DNA from: Hypanus sabinus
Taxonomy: Eukaryota
Length of the DNA: 64,000 nt
NCBI RefSeq assembly: GCF_030144855.1
Contig: NC_082722.1
Span: 27,590,001 to 27,654,000 of the forward strand
Direction: 5' to 3'
Of this stretch, positions 1-12,626 are shown piece by piece. Within the stretch, counting starts at the first letter, position 1, and each line of letters opens with the position of its first letter. Position numbers and translations under genes: made by a program. Below the pieces are notes generated by a model. It was not told the origin of the DNA and made no database searches. It saw nothing but the letters and a program-made list of their open reading frames with translations.

Positions 1-639
1 CCGGAAGCTGGGCTGCATCCAATTCGATTCATATCATCTAACAGTACATATGACCATGTGCACAGATGCATCGACATCTGTTGAATCAGACCAAGTCCTT
101 TTCCGTAGAACTGCAACCTCGCACTCCGGAAGCAGCTCCGCCTTTAAGGTTCAAAGGTCCACTTTAATGTCAGAGTAATGTATACAATCTACATTCTGAA
201 ATGCTTTTTCTTCACAAAACATCCACGTAAACAGAGCAGTTCCCAAAAGAATGAAAGACAGTAAAACGGAGAACCCCAAAGTCCCCCAACAGTCCCTCCC
301 TCGCGTAAGCTACAGCGAGCAAAGATCCCCCCTCTCCACCCATCAAGAAAAGTGCACCTTCTGCCGAGCCCAATTGTGGGCTTGCCGATAGCAAAGTCAC
401 AGCCCTTGCAGTTACCCCAAAGACTATCGCATTTAATCAAGCATTCGAGAAACCACAGGTTCACTCGCTCCCTAGTAAAGAAGAGGGAGGTGTCCCCGAT
501 TTTCACGTTACTGCCGCACTTTTACTGCAATTATATCATCATTGCTATGTCCATTATACGCGTTAGAAAAAAAATACCCACGAGTCATGGACTCTGTTTC
601 AGGGGCTGTTCATCTTACGTTCTCGATAGTTATTGTGTA

Positions 640-1390
640 TTAGTATTATTGTTATTATTAGTATAATGATTGTATTTTTTCCCCAGCTCAAGCTGGTCAA
701 ACTTCAGGTACTGGCATAACTAAGCACACCTATTTCTCAACTTCTATGAACTTTCGGACTATTCTAGTGGTGTTCAGCTTTCTGAAGAGTTACATAATCT
801 GAAGAGTTACCTAAATATTGCTATGTAGACATAATTATTTAATGCTATTTTGTAATGACTTTGGGATGACACGTGCTGTGGATATCCTGCGGTGTATACC
901 CTATTCATATTCCATATGCTTTTAATTTCTTTTAATTCAGCGTTATTTCTGATATTGAATTCTGTATGTTGTGTGTGCGTCCCGAATGGTTATATCTATT
1001 CAGTAAGTTGTTCTTGCTTATTTATTGTAGGCAGTTAATATGAATTGTCCGGCCTGTAATAATAGATTGGTCGTAATGTAATTTGTGGAATTCTGACTGT
1101 AAAACTGGATCATTCTTGTATTTATAGTAAGGTATGGAGCCTTTTATGAATTTGTATTTTAAATCAAGATTTTGTGGAATGTTGTTTGCAACTTTATTGT
1201 GCTTGGGAGAGTAAACAGATTGATTTAAACTGCTACAAGATTGAGTAATCTGTTGGATATTTCTGGTTTCTCTTGGCATTTTCTACTTTTATCGTCGTCA
1301 ATGTGTTGGTATTGTAAACAGTATTGTTTATATTAAACAGCTATTTCATTGCCACAAGGAAACTATCTGTTTCCAACTATTATCATTATT
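640..1390 (-). mobile_element. R4/Dong-like non-LTR retrotransposon, 3' fragment (restriction-like endonuclease region) with degenerate TAA-rich tail
   Basis: ORF 1022-1279(-) reads ...QITQSCSSL...HNKVANNIPQNLDLKYKFIKGSIPYYKY...YDQSIITGRTIH, typical of the CCHC/RLE C-terminus. Its 3' end matches the copies at 40.9-41.6 kb and 54.3-54.7 kb. Confidence 0.7.
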
Positions 1391-1739
1391 TTTATTATCT
1401 GTCAAACGCCTGCTCGGCAGCAGGAGACTGAGTTTGGAAAGTCCCCTGGACAGTGAGTCGTATAGCTGCATAGACTTGGAGAACAGGTGAGGAGCTGGGC
1501 TTGGGTTTCAAGGAGAAGACATCCACCGATGTAACATCAGCCGCATCCCTTTCCCACTCCCCGTCCTGAAAATAAGCCCAGACACATCTGTACCCAAATT
1601 GGGCGTTTCTCTGATCAGCATTTGTTCTCCATGTTAGTTGCAGCTGAAACTAAAATCTGGCTGGAGATTAAAAAAAAACATCTAACTCCTTCCACTTTCG
1701 AAATCGAAAGATGTCTACGGAACACCTAAGTCATATCCA

Positions 1740-2130
1740 TATTCACTCACCGTCCTTATATCCAGGTGCCTATTCAAACATTTATTAAAAGCCCCTGTTG
1801 TACTTGCTGCTACCACCATACCAGGCAGGGCATTACAGGCATCCACGACTCTCCGAGTAAACGTGCTTACCTCTCACAGCCCCCTTGAACCTAACTCCTC
1901 CCAGGTTTAATTTCATTTCACGTTTCAAACGTGGGCAACCGATACTCTCTAAACACTATCTTGCCTTTGATATTCTTTTAAATCTCTCTCAGATCTCCCC
2001 TCAGTCTCCGACGCCCCAAAGGAAATTACCCAAATTTATCCAGCCTCTCGTGATAGCATAAACGTTCCAACTATATTTTCGTTATTATTTTGGTGAAATA
2101 ACAGAGAGTTGTGTTGGACGTAGTCCAATT
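1740..2130 (-). mobile_element. CR1 LINE 3' fragment, degraded
   Basis: Resembles the reverse complement of the CR1 3' ends at 24.4-24.6 kb and 63.5-63.7 kb. Confidence 0.5.
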
Positions 2131-3039
2131 GCAAATTCAATGCGACGTTTGGTACCATTGGCAGAAGTGACAGGAATCTCTCAGGACCTTCGGTTCCATG
2201 GGCTGAGAAAAATCGTGTTAACACTTCAAGTTGATAATTTTTTCACTCCGCCATGAACAGCAATATTTCGTATTTTCCCCTCTTTGGGGAGTGTTCCAAA
2301 AGGGTGGAAAAAAAGCCAAGGCTTCCTCATGTTTTCCGCTTAATTTCGGCTCACAAACATATTATATGCTGTTCTCCATTAATTACCCAGCTTTCCATTT
2401 ACGACCTAACTTGATATGCGATAAACACATGGAGGCATGATCCTGCCTCCCCTTTCATTTGTCTTTAAATGCATCGAGAAAATATTTTACAAAGAAGACA
2501 ACTCTTGACATTGTCTCATCATGCCAGTTTTCGACCGATTCCTTACCCCATTATCACTGCTTTTAGTATAACATGGTTACGTACAGCACAGGAATAGGAC
2601 CTTGTCAGAGCTGCCTGTCGCGGACACGATGTCAAACTAAACTCAAATTTTGCGAGCTCAATATGCTCTATATCCCATAGTTCACTGCATATTTGATTGC
2701 CCATTTAAAAGTACGTCCTTCTGATTTCATCGTCTTTAATGTATAAGGATTTCTGTTCAGTTCCTACCAGTAAGGCACGTCTAGTTCCCTGGACTCCTGC
2801 ATTTTATGCGAATTATTTTTTTACAACTGTTTTGTAACGTGTTTCTGCGAGTTCATAGGAAAAAAATACACCGTTTAAGTGAAAGGGCAGGGCTTTCAAC
2901 TAATTCTGAAATGTATTTTATAACTAGTTGTAGTCTGGAACACATTAAATTCATCAGATGACTATCTAGTCCTCAACGAACCGAAGCTGATATTATTTCA
3001 TGTAATCAACGAATTCTAATATGATTTGCACCATTTAGA

Positions 3040-3620
3040 AAATTACACGGTTCCCAGGAAAGAGCTCAATAATGAAATTAGGAGAGCAGGTAGGAGCCAT
3101 GAGAATCCTTGGCGAGCAGCATTAAGGAAGATTGCAAGGCATTCTACAAGCATATGAAGAGCAGGAGGTTGAGCAGTGAGAGAATGGGTCCAATTAGGAA
3201 TGAGAGTGAAACGGAGGAGGTAGCGGAGGTGCTTCAAAATTCACCAGTGAAAAGGATCTTGGCAAATATGGGGATGAGTTACAGCGGACTGAAACGTTTG
3301 AGTGTATAGACATTAAGGGAGAGTACGTGCTGGAGCTTTTGAAAGGTATTATCATAGAGTCGGTAGAATTACCGGAGGATTGGAAGGTTGCAAATGTTGT
3401 TTTCTTCCACGAGAAAGGGAGCAAAGATAACCCAGGAAATTATACAATGAATCTGACTTCGGGAGTGGGCCAGTTGTTGGAGAAGATACTGAAAGGCAGC
3501 ACTTGTAAGCATTTGGAAAGATGTAGTCTGATTATGGTTAGTCAGCATGGCTTTGTCAAGGGTAGGTCATTCCCTACGAACCTGATTGAATTCTTTGGCG
3601 ATGTAACATTGATGAAGGTA
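3040..3620 (+). mobile_element. CR1 LINE ORF2 fragment (linker and RT start)
   Basis: KEDCKAFYKHMKSRR and KGSKDNPGNY..LTSGVGQLLEKIL..SQHGFVKGRSFPTNLIEFF, split by frameshifts. Confidence 0.85.
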
Positions 3621-3989
3621 GAATTGATTTTAATTGAATTGTATTGAATATTTAAATACATGCTCGTCTCAATCTAAAGGTGAAATGCGCAAATTATAGT
3701 AACGTATAATAAGTAGGATGTACAACAGGATAGTCAATAAAACATAGATCATATAACATGTCAGCATGAGTTAATTAGTTTGATGTCGTGGCGGAAGAAG
3801 CTGAACTGGAGCCTGTTGGTCCTGGCTTTTATGCTGCGATACATTTTCTCCGGTGGTCGCAGCTGCAAGAGTATTTTTGCCAAAAGCTTTCTTTCCGACC
3901 CTATCTACTGCGACGCCACTTTCAGCTCATTATGCAGCTTTATTCCCAGATCATTTTGTTCTATCACACTCCTCAATACCCTGTCATTC

Positions 3990-4600
3990 ACCCTGTAAGA
4001 CCTACCCTGTTTGGTCCCACTGAAATGCAACATCTCTTACTTGTCTACATTAAATTCCATCTGCCATTTTCAGCCTATTTTTTTTTCCTGCTGATCCAGA
4101 TCACTCTGCTGCCAGGAAAGCCTTCCTCGCTGTTCACTACACCCATAATGTTGGTGCAATCCCCAAGATTGCTTATCTAGTCATCCACATTATCATCTAG
4201 ATCGGTAATATAGATGACAGACAGGATTGGACCCTGCACATATACCTGTAGCATGCCACTAGTCCTCCAATCAGAGAGGCAACCATACAATTGATTTGTT
4301 TGGCTTCTCCCACAAAGTCTATGGCTAATCTAATTTATCCCCTCTCAGTGAATACTAAGCGACTGAACCTTCTTGAGCAACCTCCCATGTCGGCCTTGTC
4401 AAATGACTTAATAAAGTCGATGTAGGCAACATGCACCGTATTCCTTTCAACCACTTTCTTGGCTCGGAAAACTCTATAAGATTGCTTCGATATGAACTAT
4501 CATGCACAAAGCCATGCTGACGCTTCTTAATCAGTCCATGTCTATCCAAATACTTCTATATCCAGTCCCTTAGAATAGCTTCCAATAACTTTCCCAGTAC
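3990..4600 (-). mobile_element. CR1 LINE RT fragment
   Basis: LDRHGLIKKRQHGFVHDSSYRSNLIEF in ORF 4355-4549(-). Confidence 0.8.
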
Positions 4601-4602
4601 TG

Positions 4603-6845
4603 TTCTAAAGCTCGTTGTTGTTCAGTCGTTAAGTCGAGTCAGACTCTTCGTGACCCCATGGACTACTACACATCAAGTCTTCTTGTTGGAAACTGTCTCT
4701 GAGATCCCCCAAAGTCATATGCATTGCCTGAGTAATATTATTTTTCCATTGTAGACTCTTTCTCCCTCTCCTTCTCTTATCTTCTGCTTTTTTCCCAGGA
4801 ATCCTGCCTTCTCATGATGTGACCAAAATATTTCAACTTTTGTCTCATAATTAAGTCTCTTAATGCGCAATGTAGCTGTATTTCACCAAGTATTGTTGTG
4901 TTGGATCTTCCTGCTGTCCGACGAACTTTTAACACTTTCCTCCAGCAGCCAAGTCAAGGTTGTCAATTCTATTGTATTCAGCCTTACTAATAGTCCAGCT
5001 CTCACAGCTATTCATCACAACTGAAATACCGTAGACTTGACTTCGTAGACAATGTTATATCTCTGCTCTTCAGTATTTTATCTAAATTTCCCGTTACTGA
5101 GTCGACGTAGTAGTACTGCCATTGCTGACCTCTGAGAAGTAGGGGCTGTTTAATTTCATGGCTGCAGTTATCATCAATAGAAATCTTAGTAAGGAGAAAA
5201 ACAAAATCCGTCACTGCTTCCAATTGTTTTCCATTTATCACCACGGAATTAATAAGGCTGGTCGACATAATCTTGGCTTTATTCGTATTGAGCGAAAACA
5301 CTTCCTTCTTTCACTTTGATTAGAAGCTTGGAGAGGTATCATCTGCATATCTAAGGTCGTTAATATTTAGTCCGACAATCTTGATTCCAACATTTGAGTC
5401 CTCTAGATCAGCATTCCTCATGCCGTCTTCAGCATACACTGTAAATTAAACAAGTACGGTGACAGTATACAGCCTTGTCGTACTCTCTCCAATGCTGAAC
5501 AAGTTTTTTTTTTGTTCCATGTTCAGTCTTAGCTATTGCTTCTTGATCTTCATATAAGTTTCTCATAAGGCTGATCAGCTGTCCACGTATCCCGATTTCT
5601 TTAAAGATTTGCCATAGTTTATTATGGCACACACTGTCGAAGGCTTTAGAGTAGTCAATAAAACATAGATAAACACATTTCTGGAGTCCACTCGATTTCT
5701 CCATTTTCCAGCGTAGGTTAGTAATTTGGTGCCTGGTGCCCCTGTTTATTCTAAAACCAGCATGTACATCTGGCTGATCTCATTCCATATAATGCTGGAG
5801 TTTTGCTTGCATGACCTATAGAATTACCTTGCTTGCATGTGAAATTTCGTGAAACTATCCGGCAATTTGAACATTACATTTCCCTTCCTGGGAATTGGGA
5901 TATGAACTGATCTTTCCCTGTCTAAAGACCATTACTAGATTTTACAGATCTGCTGGAAAATTGTATGCAACACCTTTACGCAGCATCATCTTTTAAAGTT
6001 TTAAACAATTCAACCGGAATCCTGTCAGATCCTGCGGTCTTCTTAGTGGCAATGTTTTCTATCGTCAATTCAGAATCACTTTCCGGAACGTCTGGCTCTA
6101 GATCGATCAGAGATTCATTGCAAGCGTTTCAGCTATCGGGATCTTCCTGTTCAGGTCTTCCTGTCATCTCTTTATGATTGAATGGCGGACCAGATTCAAT
6201 GGGCCGAGCTGGGCTTTTCAGCTCCTATATGCTATGGTCTTATGGTCTCTTTTTGAAATCTTCTGCTCTGTAAGGTCGTTTTTTATTTGACTTGCACTGT
6301 ACTAATTTTTGAATGAAATGTACCTTTGATTTCTCTAATCTTCTCGAATATATCTCTTGTTTTCCCAATTCTGTTGGCTTCTTCAGCTTCTTTTCATCGC
6401 TCCTTTAAGTATTTTGCTTATACTTCATTGCTAACATCTTGAACATTATGTTCAATTGGAGGAATTTGTTCCAATCTCCGTTGACATTCACATCTCTTCG
6501 CTGCTCAACTACCTGTAGAACTTACACAGAAAGCCATTTTGCTTTCCTGGTTTACGTATTGTTTGCAATATTTTTGTTGCCACCTGTTGTACATTGTTCA
6601 TTACTTCTAACCATAGTTCTTCTGGCTTAATGTCTGGCAAGTTTAATCCATTAAACAAGTTCTTCACCTTTACGGCATATTCTTGAGGGATACTATCAAC
6701 ATCAAACGTTGGTTTTCCCAAAGTCGTCAGTTTCATTCTGAATATTGCAACAAGCAGCTTCGCCACACTTCTGTTCACTGTCTGTCCATCTCCTGAGTAA
6801 ATACAGATAAGATGTCCTCCATCTCTTTTGGCTCCATACATGGAA
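4603..6845 (-). mobile_element. RTE-clade LINE, BovB-like, degenerate
   Basis: EKSSGLQKCVYLCFIDYSKAFDSVCHNKLWQIFKEIGI..LMRNLYEDQEA (RT). KLLVAIFRMKL..IPQEYAVKVKNLFNGLNL..PEELWLEV (post-endonuclease). 3' end gttgttgttcagtcgttaagtcgagtcagactcttcgtgaccccatggac at about 4614-4665. Confidence 0.85.
6178..6250 (+). mobile_element. CR1 3' tail inserted into the BovB-like element
   Basis: gaatggcggaccagattcaatgggccg...ctatggtcttatggtct, a CR1-type terminus with a short tandem tail. Confidence 0.6.
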
Positions 6846-6849
6846 GACC

Positions 6850-7450
6850 ATGCTAATTTTCCAGAAGACCCATTTTGTCCCTTGCAATTCCTTTATTCTT
6901 AATATATCTGTAGAAACCTTTAAGATTGCCCGTTACCTTCTCTGCTATGCCAACTTGTGCCTTCTTTCAGTCTTTTAGTCCTCGTAATTTCTTTCTTAAT
7001 TATCCTCTTGCATTTGAATACTCCTTAAGCATCCCATTTTTTCCTGCATGCTCATACGTGCTATACAGCTTTAGTTTTCATAAACAGGGCCTCAATGTCT
7101 CTTGAAAACGAAAGTTGGACAACAACTATCGTTACCTTTTTTTCAGACAGGCATTTCCAACCTTTGCACTCTCAAAATTTCACTTTTGAAGGCCTTGCTT
7201 TTCCAAAGTACACTTTTACAAGAATTTCCTGTCCTAATCCACACTTGCCACATACTTTCTGATACCATCAAAAATGACATGTCCGCAATTTGAATATCAA
7301 CTCCCGGGCTTGAGCTCTAATTTTTCATGTTTATTTTTAAACTAATGGAATTGTGATCACTGCATACAAAGTCTCCTCTGCTGCGAACTTCTCTGACATG
7401 TCCCGTTTCAATACTAATACCAGATCAAGTATCGTTGGGACGTCCGGTAA
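6850..7450 (-). mobile_element. CR1 LINE ORF2 fragment (end of APE domain and linker)
   Basis: The minus strand gives PTILDLVL.. and a KKEI...ENxKGFYRYIKNK-like linker with stops. Confidence 0.65.
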
Positions 7451-8099
7451 TGATTATGACGATGGCATTCGTCTGTCTCCAATGTCAATGGATTTGTGGC
7501 AGTGGAGTGACCTCTCCAAGATACAAGCCTGGGCGGAATGTATGGGGACCTTCACCTCGTGACGATCTTCTGCTCTGCCTCACGGGGCTCACCGGTGCAG
7601 GAGCCGCCGGAAGGATGCTTAGTGACGTCCACTCCCCTTGGGTACTCCAGTCTGGATTTTCTGCCTCTGTTTAATCCCGTAGGTTTTGTTCCTACCAAGG
7701 CTGCCCACAAGGCTAAGTATCTATTTGCCCATAGGTGGGGATCTGGTTCTCGAGCACCAGGAGATGTCCCTATCCTCTGCAGTTTCGCATGCGGCCGAAC
7801 CGCGTTCAGTTTGCGTATGTCATTAGGGAGGTGGCACTACATGACGCTTGCTGTAGAAAGACTATGCTCTGGCAGGGGATGACTTATGCTTTCAGCTCTA
7901 CTTGACTAGAATCGTCAGCTCTCTTTCTTTAATTCCTCCCGCTCTGTCCCGTCGACAACAACTGACCCCGGTATATTGAGTTGTCAGGCCTGCACCTCCT
8001 GCAACCAAGTCTCAATAATGGCTGCAATAGCATAATTCCGGGCGTTGTTCCATGCCCTGAGCTCACCGCACTTTCCTACTACAGGTGTTATATTGACAT

Positions 8100-8800
8100 T
8101 TTGCTGATCGGTCATTAATCACGCCATGCTCAGCCTTCTGGTTCCTGACTTCGTCTGAGGTCATAACAACATCTTTTTCCACAACCTCTCCACGAACTGT
8201 TCCAGAAATGTGATTCCCTGAAAGACAGCCCAATGATCCAAAGATCTATCGCCTTCCTTCGCACACCAACTCCTCAGCCAGGTATTAAACTGTGTAATGT
8301 TTTTAATCTAGCCTCACTAGTACGTGGCACAGTCAACAATCCTGAGATCACAACCCTGGAGGTCCAGCAGTTCAATTTAGCACCGAACTCCCTGAACCCA
8401 CTTTGCAGAACGATGTCACTCTTCCTACATATGTCATTGGTAGATACATGGACGACAGCCTCTGACTATTCACTCTCCTACTTAAGAATTCCAAGGATTC
8501 AATCCGAGATGCCCTAGACCCTCGCGCCCATGAGGCAACATCACCGGAGAATCTCGTTCTCGACCACAGAAACTCATTTCTGCTCTCCTAACGAATCCCC
8601 TACATCAACAGCTCGCCTCTTCTCCCCTCCCCCTAGCCGCCCACCCCCATTTCCCTTCTGAGTCGCAGAGTCAGGCTCAAGGCTAAAGACCCGACCGTTG
8701 TGACTTGATAGGTCATTCTCTCCAACAGTATCCAAAGTGGTATACCTGCTGTTGAGGGGAATCGCCACAGGGTACTCTCCACTGGCTGTTTAGATCCTCC
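8100..8800 (-). mobile_element. CR1 ORF1 fragment (SGNH/esterase region)
   Basis: PLNSRYTTLDTVGENDL...RRAVDVGDSL, the GDS motif region of CR1 ORF1. Confidence 0.75.
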
Positions 8801-8879
8801 CGCTTCCTGCTTGTCATTCAAATATAAATTGCAAATAAACATTCTGCGAGAACAATAATATTACTTGAATATAACAATG

Positions 8880-9300
8880 AATTATCCAACTTCCGGTAAT
8901 TCCCTCCCCTCCCTTCCCCCAACCCAGTTTCACTACGCCTTCTTCTCCAGCTGCCTATCACCTCCCTCATGGTTCCGCCTCCTTCTTCTAGCCATAGTGC
9001 TTTCCCCATACATTCGTTCTTCACCTTTCCTGCCTATCCGCTTCCTGCATCCCTTCCCCCACGCCTTGATCTTTCCCCTTATTGGTTTTTCACCTAGCAC
9101 CTACCAGCCTTCTCCTTCCTACCTTCCCCCTACGTTCTTTATAGAGTTCCTGCCCTCTCCCTCTTCAGTCTCGACGCAGGGTCTCGGCCCGAAATCTTCA
9201 CTGCTCTTTTCCACGGATGCTGCCCGATCTGCTAATTTCCACCAGTGTGCTGTGCGTGTTGCTTCGACCGCAGCATCTGCAGAGTATTTTGTGTTCATAA
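8880..9300 (+). mobile_element. Penelope-like element terminal (pLTR) fragment
   Basis: Pyrimidine-rich tract ending ...cagggtctcggcccgaaa...gatgctgcccgatctgct...gtgttgct...gcatctgcag, the same family as the ends of the element at 56.2-58.0 kb. Confidence 0.65.
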
Positions 9301-9379
9301 TATTACTTGATTCGTGCTTTCAATGAGAACAACGCAATGACAGACCCACCTACATCACTACACAAATATACTTGCGTTT

Positions 9380-10249
9380 TGGTCCAGTCCGGAGCCCACA
9401 TTGCGGGTCTTGAACCGGTCCGCGGACTCCGGACTCCGGGTCTTGTAGCCGACCCTCCTTTCACCCTGAAGCCCAAGTAGGATCATCTTGGTTTAAGGAG
9501 GCGCTCCTGATGCCTATCGGTTGGCAGGTGTATATAAGGGGCTCTAGGACTGAGTATAGTTAGGGGGGGGGGGGGAGTGGTGGAAGTGGTCCCGCTCGTC
9601 CCGCTCGTCCCGCTCGTCCCGCTCGTCCGTCCCGCTCGTCCCGCTCGTCCTTCTATCTCGTTTCGACCTGGTCGTCCTGTTTCCGGAGGTCGCCCTGTTT
9701 AACCTGTTCCGAGCCGTGCGTCAGGTTTGTCTTGCTTGCGCTTTTCGCCCGGTTTCTTTCTATTCGTCCTGGCTTGGAATATCCACCGTTAATCAATTAG
9801 TTCTGTAAATCCGTTCTCGGAGTCACCCTGGACCGAACTCCCTTCCTATCCCTTGCCTCCGTCGGGTAAGCAGGCCGGACTGCCGTTGCCCTTTCCTACC
9901 CCTCGCTTCCGACGGGTTGTGCCCTGCATCCTGCTCAGGTGCCCGCGATCTGCCCAGGCCCCTGTGTTCCTGCTCGGGAGGCCGGGCTCTGCCCAGGAGT
10001 AATGCGCCCCGTCTAGGGGGCTATCCTCCAAGCATTCCTTACCCCATAAACCCATCCTCTAGCCTAGCCAGGATCCTGCCTTGCCATGAACTAACTCTGA
10101 ACCCCAGGATCACCTTTGATTGCCACGTCCATCACGCACGCCACGGTTTCCCCATCTTGTTCTACCCTTTAGTTGTTTCCTATCCTGTCCCTAATACTTC
10201 AATGCCTGCGTCCTGCATTTGGGTCCAAACTCCACGACCCCTTGTGACA
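9380..10249. mobile_element. Probable solo LTR
   Basis: GC-rich, with TATATAA near 9531, an internal tandem repeat and an end at ...cccttgtgaca. No internal gag/pol seen and the 5' TG end is unclear. Confidence 0.45.
9591..9648 (+). repeat. 9-bp tandem repeat (cccgctcgt)4-ccgt-(cccgctcgt)2
   Basis: Read directly from the sequence. Confidence 0.95.
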
Positions 10250-12576
10250 ACTTGACTTGTAAAGCAACAAGGCTGTCCTGGTGCACAAGACATGAATGAC
10301 AAGTCCATTCACCATGTTCAGGAAAGCCTGAGATGAAAACTCGGTGGATATTCTGGTGAGAATGCACAACTGAAATATTCAAGGAAACAAGTGACAGAGC
10401 CTAACGATCTAAGCGCAGGTATTGTACATTAATGAGGAATTTGTGTATTTAACAAAAATTCTCGTTTTATGCAAAAATGAACATTATTATTTTAAAATAA
10501 CACAATCTAAACCTGTTATTTAAACATATAAACGTAAAGCTTTAAAGTAAAATATACTAAATTACGATGGAATTACTAATTAACTTCATTGTTCCTCGGA
10601 ATATTTACAGGCATCTTTGAAAATGTCAAATAATAATTGAAATATATGGAAATTACTCGACGAATTCGGTGGGCCAAGCAATGCCGGTGAATCTATGTGA
10701 GTATTTAATGTTTTGAGCAGGAGATTCAGGATTTAGTTTGTAGAGGGAAGATGCGCAATATATAAATGTGAAAAGGAGGTGTGTGACTGGTGATAGATGG
10801 AACCAAGATCGTTGGTGTCACAACCATAGATTCGGCAACACTGTAGATATGGCAATTATGTTTGTGAATATTATTATCTAATCGTGATAGTATTTGATTC
10901 CATAATTGTTGTTGCAGTGTTTGTCGGGAATTGGACAGAGTACAGCAATGCTTCGTTGCCTGTTTGCATTCGATCTTCCTTAAGGAATTGGACTACCGAG
11001 TCATCCAATTCTGAAGACTAGCGGTCTTTGTTCAATATCTACATATTCTTTTCAGCCACAGTGTTGGCTTTGTTTCCCGTTTGAGAGTTTTAGTTAACGG
11101 CCCTGTTTGGCCTAGCGTTTATTGTTTTGTTTGCCTTTTAACACTGTTCGCATTAAAGTTTTGTGAACTATTAACCCACTTCCGTGTCTCTCACTCTGCA
11201 CCTGAGCCATATCCGAACCTGGTGACAGTGGGATGGAGTGATGGGGTGTATGGAAGCGTAGCGAGAAAGGTTTAATCCAATTTGATCATTGTAGATTCCT
11301 ACAAAGACATATAATAACGGTCGAGTCAAACATGGCTTATTAAGATGGATTAAAGGATATATATTAAACAGTTAATGGGAGAAATCGCCATCATCTAAGA
11401 AAACGAAAACATGGAAGTAATGCTGATCTCTCGGCAGTGCAAAACGACCTTTATTTAAGATGCTTAATGAAACGCATTTTGCGTGTTATGCATCCTCGGT
11501 GATTCCCCGAAGCATTTCAACAGAGACTTCGTCCTCTAATTCTGACTTGAAACAAAGTGAGAAGCAAAGTTTCAAAATCACGTTCAGCGAATAGGTTTAT
11601 CGTTTATTGTATTGTTTGTTCCTAGTGAAGTGTTTCGAAATAGATTGTAACAGCACAAAGCGATAGAATTGAGGGAGGTATTGTCACAACAGCGTAGCTA
11701 TCAGAGATGTCGCACTCTCTGAGGCCATCTCTGTAACCGAATTCAAGAAATTAATAAGAAAGATAAGAGTACAACGATATGCTAACTACGAACAAGATAT
11801 AACTGTGCAGTTTTACTTGAAAGTAAATATCATAACAATATTTAAAAGTGGAGAAATCGATTAGATTTAAAATGTGAAGTGAGCTAGGGGAAGGAAGTGA
11901 ATGAAGGATTCTCATAGGGAACTCTATTCCAGCCAGCATATACAGCAGGACAGGTCTGAGCGGACCATTCTGGTTTCCAAGAGTGCACGTTTCTATTATT
12001 TTTGCGAATTTCTCTGGATTACCGAAACTGTTTCAGGAATAGATTGTTGTTTTCCTTGTCAGACAGAGGATTTATTTCTCTGCCGGTGTTCTCTGTACCT
12101 ACTCCCCACCTTCCTCAGCCCCTCAGCTTATCCACCAACTACGTTGACCTGATGAGCAACGATAATGTATTATAACAGGATGCTCACCCTGTTCTGTCAC
12201 ACATATATCTACTTGAACCGGAATTTGTACGTCGATTTACTGACTACTGGCCAAATAAATGCTGGGCATATTTCAGACGTATTTTGATCTATTGGGCAGT
12301 TATTAATCGCTGAGGTGCTCTGAGCAAAGCGCCATATTCTTTAAGAGTACATCTCTAAACACGTGATTCCACTAAATCTACTTTCCAACGTCCACGTTTT
12401 TCAGTCAAATGTTGTGATTTGTCTAAATCTAACTTCCTTTAATGTGACCACGTGCGTATCTCCTCTACTTCAATGTGGGCTGCGACAGATACACAGGTTA
12501 CAATGCATTTCTCTTGCCTTTTGGGTGCGCTGGGATATCTGTTCCTACCATGTGATAGTGCAGTTGTACTTTACAG

Positions 12577-12626
12577 CTAAACCAGAGCAGCAAGCTGTGA
12601 ATATATATGAAACAGAAGAGTACTGA
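12577..12626 (+). CDS. Candidate terminal exon, (A)KPEQQAVNIYETEEY*
   Basis: Acceptor gttgtactttacag, phase 1, and a tyrosine-motif-like tail in non-repeat sequence. No upstream extracellular exon found. Confidence 0.25.

Noticed and set aside
687-707. 21-nt mini-exon with good splice sites (ccccag|...|gtactg) and a TM-like stretch at about 1245-1300
   Set aside because: Both lie inside the antisense strand of the R4/Dong element, and the same sequence recurs at 54630-54660.
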